Origin: Octopus bimaculoides
Taxonomy: Eukaryota
Assembly (NCBI RefSeq): GCF_001194135.2
Contig: NC_068997.1
Location: 38,701,651 to 38,765,650, forward strand
Direction of reading: 5' to 3'
Length of the DNA: 64,000 bases
The position numbers and the translations under genes are program-made. Shown in pieces: positions 38,860 through 50,640 of this stretch (the first letter of the stretch is position 1; every line of letters starts with the position of its first letter). Below the pieces are notes generated by a model. That model did not search any database and had not been told where the DNA came from. It saw only the letters and a program-made list of their open reading frames with translations.

Positions 38860-40920
38860 AGGAGAAGCCTATCAAAACTTCTGACAAGCAAGAAACAAAG
38901 TTATAAATTCTTCTGGTTAGGATTCAGTAATGGTGTGAGAGGTATGGGCATACTTTTGACAGGAAATGGGTAGATAAAGTGATTGAGGTAGTGAGAATGT
39001 GTGGTAGCATAATTAAGTTTAGACTAGTCTTGGAAAACACGACAGTAACACTTATCTCTGCATTTGCTCTTCAGTCAGGACTCATTTTAGGAAACCCTTT
39101 GCAGATAACTTTAATGACAAATTATAGTGACCTTATCTATCTGCTGGTGACTTCATTGGACATGTTGTGCAACAACCTGATGAATTCTTTGATGTACAAG
39201 GAGGCCACAGCTTTAGTCTTAGAAATGATGAGGGAACAAGACTTTTGGAGTCATGTGATGCAAATGACATGATGAACTGCAACACAGACTTCAAGAAACC
39301 TGATCAATCTGGTGGGCAAATTGACTACATTCTTGCTAGAAAATGGGATTGACAGATGCTTGTGAATGCAAAATACCCTTTGTGGATGAAGTATGCACAA
39401 TCGAATATAGGTTAGTAGTTAAAGGATGATGATGAGGCTTGGAGCTAGAAGGATTCAGAAACACAAAGCAGTGTGGAAAAGGAAGATATGGAAGTTTAAA
39501 CATCCAGTGAACAATCATAAATTTATAGAATACTTGTTGAAGCTTCTGAAAAGAAAGTGGAATGGAAATGCTGCTACAAAAAGTTATCAAACATGGAGGA
39601 TGCATGGGAAATAGAGGGTTTTACCAACATAGACTCAACAAAGGGACCCTCAAAAATAACAAATGTTTAAAATATCTGGCAGAGTAGGATATGAGCTAGT
39701 CACATATATAGTTAATCAGAGTTTACATTTTACAGGAACATATCATAACTTCCAATTGGCATAGCAGCATTATAGTAAACTGTTAAAAGAATAAAGGAGA
39801 TGCCTTAGAATTAATTACAGCAATATTAAAATTGCCTCTGATTAGGAAAAGAATTGGAATGGATGAGACATAATTGGTTTCATACCAGGGAGAAGTACTA
39901 TTGATGTCTACTTTCTTGTATGACAACTGCAGGAGAAGCATTTAACTGAAGTAAACTGTACCTGGTGTTTGTTGACTTGATGATCTTTGTAGGAGCTAGA
40001 GGCAGTATGAATGGCTTCAGAGAGCCTTACAAGCCATGTACAGTGGTGTTGTCAGTAACAAGTGTTAGTAATGAGTATAATAATAGATTTGGAGTAGAAA
40101 TAGTTTATCAGAGCTTGTCTCTCAGTTCCCTCCTATTCACCATAGTCCTCCAGGCCACAACATAGAATTTAACACTGGCTGCCTTTGGGAAATACTATAA
40201 ACTGATGACTTTGCTCTAATAGCAGAAACTGTAATAGAATAAAATTCCAGGATGTGGATGCAAAACTTAAAACCAAAGGCCTTACAATTAACTTAGTAAA
40301 GAATAAAGTTCTAGTAAGCAGGAAAACAACGTAGGGAAGATGTAAGTAGAAATTCTATACAGTGTACCAATACAATCTATGGATACACATAAGACGTGCA
40401 ATGAAATCAAATGACATATATGCAGGAGCGATAGATTTTCTTGAATGCCCAAGAGGTTCCCTAGAGCTAGAAGATAGTTTGTTACCCAGGAGAGCTGAAC
40501 TCTGTGTCTCTCTCTCAGAGTGATAGTCAGGTTGTGTGATGCTTAAGTGTGAACAGCAGTGCTACATGGTAGAGAAATGTGAGCTCTAAATGCAGAGGAC
40601 ATGCAAAGATTAGAGAAGAATGAAGATAGTATGCTCCATTGGATGTGCAACATCAGTGTGCATATATGACAAAATGCAAATATGATGAGAGAAAAATTGG
40701 GCATATGAGGAATCAGTTGTAGTGTCCAAGATAAAAAAAAAACTGCACTGGTTTGGTCATATGATGTGTATGAATAAGGACAATATATTGATTGCTTAAA
40801 GTGGATGGAACTTGAAGGTGTGGGACAAAGTTGTGAAAGCTGCTCTCATAATGTTTAGCCTCACAGAAGCAGTGGCAAAGGATCAAGATGATTGGTGATA
40901 GGCTATGCCTGAGAAGGGAA
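38860..40920 (+). mobile_element. RTE LINE remnant with APE endonuclease, RT and C-terminal parts (internally deleted)
   Basis: YKFFWLG..VDKVIEVVR..LISAFALQSG, GDFIGHV, RNDEGTRLL, QIDYIL (EN); QLQEKHL, SSLLFTIVLQA (RT); LHWFGHMM (C-terminus). Confidence 0.85.
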
Positions 40921-41701
40921 CCAAAACAAAAAAGTTTTTAGGATTGTGTAAAAGCAAGAGGTATGCCAACCACCAATATTCTGTCTAGCATGTAGACATG
41001 AGGAAAAGCACAAAACTATCAAGTCATATCTGGGACCTGGGTGGCAGCATTATTTTGTGTATCATCAAGTGGAGCATTGTAGAGAGATTTACTTCACATT
41101 AATGGGCTGTAAAAACGAAAGCTTTGTATAGTTGAGAGAACTCACCTTATCAGATGAAGGAACTGCACTGACTTTTTGAACTCAAAATCAAAAGATTTTA
41201 CAAAATGTAAGCATGTCGACAAGTTTCTTTCATTGAACTGGAAGACCACCACTTAATCTCTAAATTCAACACACAGTTTAACATACTTTAGCCTTTCCCC
41301 ATTTGATTATCCCCACTAACCATTGTTATATTACATGTAAACACTCAACTTTAATAATATTCTTTACCTAATAGGCTGAAAGGATACAACTCTTATCCTC
41401 CTTTTTTCCATTCATATTTTTCTCTGGCTTTGTTCTTGTCTTTTCTTGCTTCCCCCACGGAGTAACCATATTTTTTTCTGAATCTGAATGATTGCTGGAT
41501 TTTACTTGGTATGCTAATACAAACGTGTCTGGTTACTGCATTATCTGACCTCAAAACTTGAAGTAGTGCACATATAATCTTATATTTACTAAATGATACT
41601 TATCTCTCACTAGATCAAGTACTCTTAAAACCAACAAGGGAACAAACAGTTCACTCTCCCTCTCACCCTCTCTCTCCATACACACATATAATATGCATGT
41701 T

Positions 41702-41740
<39 letters not shown>

Positions 41741-41788
41741 CTATTACATTTCTAAATCTCTCAGAGAGATTTATACAGTAGCAGCATG

Positions 41789-42165
41789 ATAAAGTGATGG
41801 CATGTTGCCAACTTAATGCAGCAGTCCCATGAAAGGGAAGAATGCTACTGCTATTTAGCCCTAGGAAACACTGTTTCCAGTTGGCCATGACACATTTTCT
41901 GTGTCCTTATGTTTTCAAAGGGGGAGATAAGCACCTCCACTCAGCAAAGCCAGCATCCAGAGACTAGTTTCAGAGTCATTGCTCATCATCAGTCTGGAGT
42001 AGCATGCCTTGCTAGCTGTTGATGCTTATTCGCCTTTGAAAACATAAGGACACAGAAAATGTGTCATAGCCAACTGGAAACAGTGTTTCATAGGGCTAAA
42101 TAGCAGTAGCATTCTTCCCTTTCATGGGACTGCCACATTAAGTTGACAACATACCATCACTTTAT
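41789..42165. repeat. 377-bp long inverted repeat / foldback element
   Basis: Arms 41789-41921 and 42033-42165 pair at 127 of 133 positions by manual comparison; inner region pairs imperfectly; TA microsatellites on both sides. Confidence 0.95.
41956..41998 (-). ncRNA. minimal type I hammerhead ribozyme motif
   Basis: Minus strand TCCAGA CTGATGA TGAG CAATGA CTCT GAAAC TA GTC TCTGGA: 6-bp stem I, both catalytic boxes, GAG/CTC stem II with U-U at its base, 2-bp stem III within palindrome ACTAGT, GUC triplet. Confidence 0.75.
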
Positions 42166-43009
42166 AATATATATATATATANNNNNNNNNNNNNNNNNNN
42201 NATATATATATGCATGCATGCATGCATGTATATATGTAAATGTATAGATGCATATGTGTGTGTGTGTGCATGCATGTTTGTATATGTATGTCTATAATTA
42301 TGAATGAATAATTTATTTGAAAGTAACATCTGGTATTTTGTAGAAAATAATTAGTATTCTATATAAATATATTTACCTTACTTTGTAGCTGTTTAAGAAT
42401 GAATCAAAGTGTATTTGTTGAAACATTCAATATTCTATGAAAGCGTTTCATAAGATTATAGAAAAACCAAGCTTTTATGGCACTGCTTATATAGTGAAAT
42501 TGCCTTTTCTGCATATATTTTTAATTTGTAACAAAATGTTATGAAATCAATATACTTTTGTCTAATCATTTGTAATTTTTATTTTTAGAATATATAAACT
42601 AAATGAAATATAATGATAATGTTAAAAATTGTTGTAAATTTGATATTTTCATAAATTAGTGTAAATATGATATTGTCATAATTTTTATGCCTATAAATGT
42701 ATCCTCTTTATGACGATCTTCCTTGATCCTCTTCGTTTCTGCTATGATAAATGATGTCATATCCTGTTGAAACTCATTAGCATATTGAATGAAATTGAAA
42801 TGGAATTTGAATTCAAAGTTTTGAGAGTAAAATATACATTAAATAAAAATAAAAGTTTTGGCAGATAGAGAAGAATATGAGTCATAAGTAAATGGGGAGG
42901 GATGGCAGAGCTAAAGAAGTTGTATAAGAATGGCAAGGACCATCACTTGTTAGGTGAGATATGAAGCAGCAAAATCTGGAGACATTTAAGTAAATTAGAT
43001 TTACTATCA

Positions 43010-43128
43010 GTAAGAATTAACTACTAACAGTATGTGTGTGTGTGTGTGTGTTCCAAGAGACAAATATTATGTTGAATTATCTTATGTTCGTTAAAAGGAT
43101 ATAGAATCAATTTTACTTTAGATTCTAG

Positions 43129-43179
<51 letters not shown>

Positions 43180-43201
43180 ATTATCTATCTATCATTACGC
43201 C

Positions 43202-43258
<57 letters not shown>

Positions 43259-43292
43259 AGTGATTAGAAAGGAAAATAGTTTTGTTGATTTT

Positions 43293-43327
<35 letters not shown>

Positions 43328-43350
43328 CTAATGTATGTGTGTATACACAC
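43010..43350. repeat. microsatellite cluster (TG)n, (TATC)n, (CA)n, (TA)n
   Basis: Directly visible simple repeats. Confidence 0.95.
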
Positions 43351-45131
43351 ACACACACACATCTTAAATTTTGGAGAATACATATTAACAATAAATTTTC
43401 CTTGTGCATAAACATAGTTTAATATTTAAATCTTAAAGTTTTTTTCTCTCTTTAAAATTTGACAGCTAATCTAAAATGGTTTTATTTAACTTTATTAGAA
43501 TCAAATAAAGCATAAATTTGCTTATACCATTTTCTATTGCTTTTAATGCATGTGAGAGTGATGATAAATATATATTTTGGCAGTAACATTTAACCACTTT
43601 TTTTTTACAGTGGTATTTTCATGTCATATCAATTGCCTCATTGCCATTTCTTTAGTGTAACTTTGTTCTCATCTTATTAGTGGTGACTATTTTCTGATGA
43701 CTACATGTTTTCATCATCAATTTTTAGTACCTGTTACCAACTTAGATGGCAAGTTAATAATGTAGACTCAAAATAGTTGCTCAGCTTTATAAAAATCTCT
43801 CCAGAATCACACCCTACTATTAAAAGAAAAAAAATTAAACTTGTTATATATTATGTAGTTTTCTGAAATAATAAATTAGGATAGTCCTGGCTTGAGCATT
43901 TTTGAGTACAGGACTGTCTTTTGGATCAGTAGTGACAATAAGAACAGCAAAAGTAACTGGTAAGATGGAAATGCTGTAACTGTATATTTTTAAAAATCTT
44001 CTGCCATGAAACATTCATCATATTTCACTCTGTCTCAAAGTGAGGCATAAGATCAAAGATATTCTGGCCATACCAGACCCTGCTTTTTTTCTGGCACTAT
44101 GTATAAGGACCCTCTTAGTCTAATATGCCGTTCATTTTGAAAAATAGTAACGTGTTGTAGGGATTGTAATTCTAAAGTCATCTGGCAGCCTCTTTCTTCA
44201 TCAGCATCTAATAAGAGAAGCCCCATTAAGTTTTTAAAACTCCCCTGATTTGCAGCCTCACAAAAATTTTATCCTTTAATTTTGCTGCACTCACATTTGA
44301 TGATCAATCAGCTGGATCTATTATTTCTTTTTATCTGATGTCTTTAACACTGAAATTAGTTTCTCATCACAGCAAGATCTTTCCTTATGACCTCTGTGTT
44401 CACCATAGCTTTCTGCAGTGTGAGTGGTATAAGTATGGTTGGAGTGTTTTGTTGATGGTTATGAACCTGATCAATATAGTTGTATATACACTCAAAAATG
44501 AACCAAGCTAAAATAGCTATAGATACATTATTATTAGTTTTCATTTCTGTTCAACTATCAATGATACGTTCCTGTTGTTAACTAAAGAAATAATGAAATA
44601 TATATTTATGTTTGTGTGTTTATGTATGTTCCCTCATATTTTACATTTTGTTCTGTTTAACTGTTTGCTCTTAGATGAGACCTAGATATAGAAATATTTT
44701 TCCATAGAAAATAGCCACAACACTATGTTATTATATAAGATTAATTACACTTTGCACTACCTTTCCGGGGGTCTGTATTCAGAGGTTAGATATAAACAAA
44801 ATTATTAGTTTAAAAATGCTTCTTTTATTTTAAAGTGTCTTAAAATATCTAACCTAGAGATCTGTCTCTATTCACCATTTTCGATTGTACAAAAGAATGC
44901 AAATTATATCACTATTTCTGAAGTTGAGATTCTAAATGTAAGTGATCATAACAAATTTTGATAATTTGGTTAGTGTAAGATTACTTTGTTGATACTGATT
45001 TTTTTTTTTCTTTTTGTAAGTAGAACAAATATGAAGCTACACATTTAATGTGTGAGTATGTTGGTTTAAAACTCTTCAAGGATTGAGACTGGATTAAACA
45101 GGACACACCATTTTCATGTTTAAGTTTTTAA

Positions 45132-45560
45132 CCCTTTTGTTACCATATTTTTGGTGAACGTCTTCATATCAGTTAATTTTGAAAATAATGAAGAATTTAG
45201 TAAAATAGCTTGGTCATTTTTAAGCTGGTGTTTGGAACAAATTAAAATGAAATTTTGATTGCAGTTTTTAATCCTTTAGCATTCAGATTATTTTGTCAAA
45301 TGTTATACTTATACATTCACATTTTATAAAATTTATCTTGTAGCTTTGAGATTTTGAAGATGTGATTGTTTATTTTTAGAATGACATTGCAGAGTAGGTG
45401 TGAGAGGCTGGATCTTGCCAGTTTGAATATAAAACAATTAGAATATTTGGGCCAGATATAGCAGGTTTAAATGTTAATGGGTTAATATAAATCACTTTAA
45501 GAATAGGGAGTTTGTATCATAGAAGCAGGGATGGTCTTGGGCAGGTTAGTATCAAAAAGG
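45132..45560. mobile_element. piggyBac-type MITE family B (reverse), interrupted by family A
   Basis: TTAA at 45128-31 and 45561-64; the two halves rejoin to match the reverse complement of 13950-14174. Confidence 0.85.
45272..45481. mobile_element. piggyBac-type MITE family A nested in family B
   Basis: TTAA at 45268-71 and 45482-85; (T)CCTTTAGCATTCAGA...AATGTTAATGGG. Confidence 0.85.
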
Positions 45561-45924
45561 TTAAAGTGTTAAGTATACCAAATCTACCACAAGCATTATA
45601 GTCAATGTGGTTTGACTCTGTGATTGAAGTTTATATGACTAATAAAGCTTTCTATTGAGAATGTATAAAAAATGGCACATGCCAATATTTGAAATCTTTA
45701 TGTCTCATAGATAGTTAGTTGAACTAAACATCTCAGTGTGATCCACAAATCCATTGTTACAGATATACCACTGCTCTGTACATTCATGAAGTTTCTTATA
45801 ATGGGGCATGGTGCTGTTTTTCAGTTGACTTGTCTGTAGACTCTGGTGATGACTACAGTTGAAGTGGACGAAGTGTATAGAGTCTCTGCTATTGTTGCTA
45901 CTATGCTCTTGTGTCTGCTGGTAC

Positions 45925-46085
45925 ACAGTATTTTATGTGGCCATGCTGGAACACTGCCTGAAGAATTTTTTAGCTGAATGAACCAACCCTAGTACTTATT
46001 CTTTTCAAGCCTGGTACTTTTTTGCTGAGCTGCTAAGTTAAAGGGACGTAAACATACCAAAACGAGTTATAAAATAGTGGTCACC
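45925..46085 (-). mobile_element. SINE family 1 3' part, running into the N-gap
   Basis: GGCCATGCTGGAACACTGCC..AGTACTTATT..GCTAAGTTA..GGGACGTAAAC. Confidence 0.7.
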
Positions 46086-46089
46086 CCCC

Positions 46090-46732
46090 NNNNNNNNNNN
46101 NNNNNNNNNNNNNNNNNNNNNNNNNNNNNNNNNNNNNNNNNNNNNNNNNNNNNNNNNNNNNNNNNNNNNNNNNNNNNNNNNNNNNNNNNNNNNNNNNNNN
46201 NNNNNNNNNNNNNNNNNNNNNNNNNNNNNNNNNNNNNNNNNNNNNNNNNNNNNNNNNNNNNNNNNNNNNNNNNNNNNNNNNNNNNNNNNNNNNNNNNNNN
46301 NNNNNNNNNNNNNNNNNNNNNNNNNNNNNNNNNNNNNNNNNNNNNNNNNNNNNNNNNNNNNNNNNNNNNNNNNNNNNNNNNNNNNNNNNNNNNNNNNNNN
46401 NNNNNNNNNNNNNNNNNNNNNNNNNNNNNNNNNNNNNNNNNNNNNNNNNNNNNNNNNNNNNNNNNNNNNNNNNNNNNNNNNNNNNNNNNNNNNNNNNNNN
46501 NNNNNNNNNNNNNNNNNNNNNNNNNNNNNNNNNNNNNNNNNNNNNNNNNNNNNNNNNNNNNNNNNNNNNNNNNNNNNNNNNNNNNNNNNNNNNNNNNNNN
46601 NNNNNNNNNNNNNNNNNNNNNNNNNNNNNNNNNNNNNNNNNNNNNNNNNNNNNNNNNNNNNNNNNNNNNNNNNNNNNNNNNNNNNNNNNNNNNNNNNNNN
46701 NNNNNNNNNNNNNNNNNNNNNNNNNNNNNNNN
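46090..46732. other. assembly gap (643 N); smaller gaps at 30478-30534, 42182-42201, 57511-57558
   Basis: Runs of N. Confidence 1.
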
Positions 46733-47057
46733 AATTAAATCAAATATTTATACAACAGAAGGAAAATTTTTCCACAACAGTTTATTATAAAGATTAGGTA
46801 AAATATAATAGATTTTGATTGTTGCACAAAAATACAAATATTTGGGAAATATTAGAAATAGTAGCTTTTCTCTTTATTGAATAACTTGTTTTTAACTAGC
46901 TTGTATAAAAAAGAATTTATAACTTGGACAGAATTTGAATTGATTTTAATGGATAAGCTAGTATAAAAATACTAAAAGAAAAAAAAAAAAAGAAATCAAC
47001 ATTGTAATCACTGTTCTCATATAATGAAATTTCTGTTTCTTAATATTTTAGAATGTA

Positions 47058-48512
47058 CAAGGATGAGCTGAAAAGTTTGTAGGATGACTATGAAGGAGTG
47101 ATACTAGACTTGTGAAATCTTGCATATATTAATTTCAGTTCTTATTCATAACTTCATTCTTTCCTTCCTGGAAATATGCTGTGATTGAGAAGACCCGGCA
47201 AGTAAAGTGAGATCACAGCTGTAGTCTACACCAGTGTCGCATAACCAGCTCATTTAAAAAGCATCTTTGAATCGTTGGGCGGCATGCCTTGCTTGAGGAA
47301 ACCTATTGAGTCCAAGGAAAATCAAAATCAAACGGAAATTGTAGTTGTGGCTGATGCTAGTACCACCTGACTGGCTCCCATGTTAGTGGCACACAATAAG
47401 CACTCATGCGTGGGTTGTTGCCAGTACTGCCGGTCTGGCTCCCCATGCCGGTGGCATGTAAGAAGCACCATTCGAATGTGGTCGATACCAGCCCCCTGCC
47501 CCAAGTGGCTCCTGTGCCGGTAACATGTAAAAAGCATCTGAACGTGGCTGATGCCAGTGCTGCCTGACTGACTTGACTCCCATGCCAGTGGCACGTAAAA
47601 AGCACCTACTACACTCTTGGAATGGTTGGCGTTAGGAAAGCATTCCAGCTGTAGAAACATTGCCAAATCAGATTGGAGCTTGGTGTGGCCTCTTGGCTTG
47701 CCAGTCCCCAGTCAAACCATCCAACCTATACCAGCATGGAAAACGGACGTTAAATGATGATGATGATGATGTTCAAAGAAGACTTCAAATGTAACTGGTA
47801 GCAATTTCTTTTGAAAATGGACAAAATTTGGCATCGTGCTGTTTTCAATTACTTGCAGGAAAAGGGTTTAGCCCCCAAGGATATTCATGCTGAAATGGTT
47901 GCTACAATAGAGGATGATGTTCCAGCTTTATCAACAGTGCAAAAGTGAGCTGCTGAATTTAGAAGGGGAAGAGAGTCTCGAAGATGATCTCAGGTCTGGA
48001 TGTCCTGAAACTGCCACCACTGAGGAAAACATTGTGATCACCACATGGTGGTGGATGACAAGCAATTGACTATAAATCAAATAATGCTATTAGCATATCA
48101 CATGAGAGAGTTGAAAATCTTCTCTACAATGAACATGGCATAACGAAGGTTTCTACTCAGTATGTGCCTCTTTTTATGACACCTAAAGGCACACCAAGCT
48201 GATCTCATCACAGGAAAATCTGACATTGTTTGAGGCAGATCCAGCTGGTTTCCTTGAATGTTTCCTAACCCAAGATGAGTGTTGGGTTGATCACTTTAAG
48301 CCAGATACAAAGTGACAATTCATGCAGTGGAAATATTCTTCCTTACCTGCTCCAAAGAAGGCCAAGGTCATTTCATCTTCAGGGAAGGTGATAGCCTTAG
48401 TTGTTTGAGATGCAAAAGGCATTGTGTTTATTGACTATCTTCAAAAGGGCCACACCATCAATGGAGAATACTATGCAAACTTGCTGGTGTAATTACAAAA
48501 GGCTATGAAGAC
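47058..48512 (+). mobile_element. mariner element (5' TIR, N-terminal and first catalytic part), interrupted and 3' truncated
   Basis: TA + CAAGGATGAGCTGAAAAGTT end; ATG 47817 MDKIWHRAVFNYLQEKGLAPKDIHAEMV..EFRRGRES; FLTQDECWV; GIVFIDYLQKGHTINGEYYANLL. Confidence 0.85.
47171..47771 (+). mobile_element. RTE-tail element with four ~67-nt tandem units, inserted in the mariner 5' UTR
   Basis: Units start at ~47372, 47436, 47506, 47574; ends CCAGCATGGAAAACGGACGTTAAATGATGATG. Confidence 0.85.
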
Positions 48513-48694
48513 CTCATGGAACAAAGAAATGATGGAACTCAATGACTTACTTCAAATTAAGGATGTATGTTAATGTTGTTTTGTTCCATGTCAGCCTTGA
48601 TAGAGCAGATAATTATTTATGACTATGACTCTTTTGCTTTTCAGACATAGAGTACTTTTGAGAATTGAGATCCTAAAACCAAGGTTCTACATAA

Positions 48695-48950
48695 AAAGCA
48701 TTGGTGTGGGAGCTGATGCCATGTAAAAAACACTGGTGTTGGTGGCATGTAAAAAGCACTAGTGATAGTGCCACATAAAAATACCTAGTACACTCTGTAA
48801 AGTGGTTGGCATTAAGAAGGGCATCCAGCTGTAGTAACCAAGCCAAAACAGACTATGGAACCTGGTGTGGCCCCTGGCCTTGCCAGTTTGTGTCAAGCCA
48901 TGCAACCTTTGCCAGCATGGAAAATGGATGTTAAATGTTGATGATGATGT
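48695..48950 (+). mobile_element. RTE-tail element with short subrepeats
   Basis: Repeated GTGGCATGTAAAAAGCAC units, GGTTGGCATTAAGAAGGGCATCC, GAT tail. Confidence 0.8.
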
Positions 48951-49340
48951 GATTTGAGGGAGATTTAGTTAGTATTTCTACCAAGTGGAGCGACAACAAA
49001 GAGACTCTTTCTCAAGTTATCAGTGAAAGAGGATTCCATTCCTAACAGAAAAAACTTTTGTTTGTAGAAGCATTGATACCAAAAGAAAAATGGATTAATG
49101 TGACTTTTCTAACATTATACTGGTATCTTGGCATTGTTTTCAAATTTACTTGGTATCTTCATTTTTCAGTATTTCAAACTTATGTAGTTATTTGTATGAA
49201 ACAATACATTTAAAAGGTTTCGCTTAATTTGTGTTCCTTTATAATTCAGGGACAGAACTTTCTTCTCTGATACAACTCTGTTAAACTTGAAAGATCATTA
49301 AGAACCGCTAACTTGTCAACATGCTCCTATGTTACTATTA

Positions 49341-49740
49341 TCTTTTACTTGTTTCTGTCATTAGATTGCAGCCATGCTGGAGCATTGCTTTGGAGAATTT
49401 TTAGTTGAACGACTGAACCCAAGTACTTATTTTAAGCCTGGTACTTATTTATACTACAACCAGTCTCTTTTGCCAAACCACTAAGCTATGGGGACATAAG
49501 CAAATTATCATTGGTTTTCAAGTGGCAGTAGGGGAAAAATATAGGCACACACACACACACACACGCGCGCACGCGCGCGAATCTTCTTTCATTTTCCATC
49601 TACCAAATCCACTCACAAGGCTTTGGTCAGCCTGAAGCTATAGTAGAAGGACACTTGCCCAAAGTACCATGCAATGGAACCGAACCTGGAACCATGTGGT
49701 TAGGAAGCAAACTTCTTACCACACAACCACACCTGTGCCT
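49341..49740 (-). mobile_element. tRNA-head SINE family 1, full length
   Basis: Minus strand box-A-like TGGTTGTGTGG and box-B-like GGTTCGGTTCC, TTGGGCAAGTGT segment, central microsatellite, 3' ACAGAAACAAGTAAAAGA. Confidence 0.85.
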
Positions 49741-49821
49741 ATTCCTCATTTGTACAATTATTTAAAGACCAATTGCTACAAACTCTTACTACTTTTCTTC
49801 ACTTGATGAAATGAAATGGCT

Positions 49822-50640
49822 ATTAAGAAGAAGACTAAATAACTTGTTGATGATGGTATTATTGAGCCTCAATCCCTCCCTTGCAAATATAAATGGTAAC
49901 AGTAAGAAACAGTGCCAAACAATGCTTTGTTATTAAGTATTTACTAACTATAAATTACTTCTGTTTTGATGATCTTTTGAGTTCTGCTTTCTATAGTAAA
50001 CACTACAGCAAACTGGATTTAAAATCAATAACCCATCAAATGCAATGTCGATAAATGATGCCCTCCAATTCAAATTGATGAAGTCTTGTTCCAGTTCATA
50101 AGATTTCCTTTTGGTGTGACTGATGCCATAAATACTTTTCAGAGAATTAGAGATGTTACAATTATCAACAAGGATTGTCATTGACAAAACTTTTTCACAA
50201 ACACAATGAGAACTTGGGTTCAATGTATTTTGGTTACTTGGAGACACAATATTGTATTGAGCAATGACAACTATCATCTTAGTCAAATATCCATTTTTAA
50301 CAAGGATACAAAATGGAAACAGTTCTTTGCAATCTGTCTTAGAATGATTGAAATCTCTTGATTACTCAATGCCTAACAATGTTAAACAAAATGATTACTA
50401 GATTTATTTTTACCACTCAAAATAGGTGTTTTCTTTCTGGGAACTACTTCACCCTCTGCTAAATCCTACTTTTCCATTGTCTCACTCATAATTATCTTAC
50501 CCAAAGTTCTGTTACATGCTGATATTGGTGTTTCTGGTTCAGCAATTTTAGGTGTCCTTTCACAATGTAATAAAGCCTATTGCTTTATTTTAATTGAATA
50601 ATTTCAAAGCTTCTCTACCATTATCTTACTCTTCCTACTT
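49822..50640 (+). mobile_element. Ty3/Gypsy pol remnant (RT and RNase H)
   Basis: LVDDGIIEP (49843), YSKLDLKSITHQ (~50004), FQFIRFPFGVTDAINTFQR (50089), VSGSAILGVLSQ..KPIALF (~50530-50590); many stops and frameshifts, no LTRs seen. Confidence 0.7.

Noticed and set aside
41030-41160. GGSIIL / SSSGA..LHING fragments resembling a Tc1 catalytic region
   Set aside because: Too short and frameshifted, with no TIR to support a call.
46077-46790. 237-aa ORF in the track
   Set aside because: Artefact of the N-gap.
47345-47612. Repeat-spacer look of the tandem units as a CRISPR-like array
   Set aside because: Eukaryotic context; the 'spacers' are homologous to each other; no cas genes.
49948-50286. 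Minus-strand ORF as a GIY-YIG or protease gene
   Set aside because: It is the antisense reading of the Gypsy RT motifs on +.
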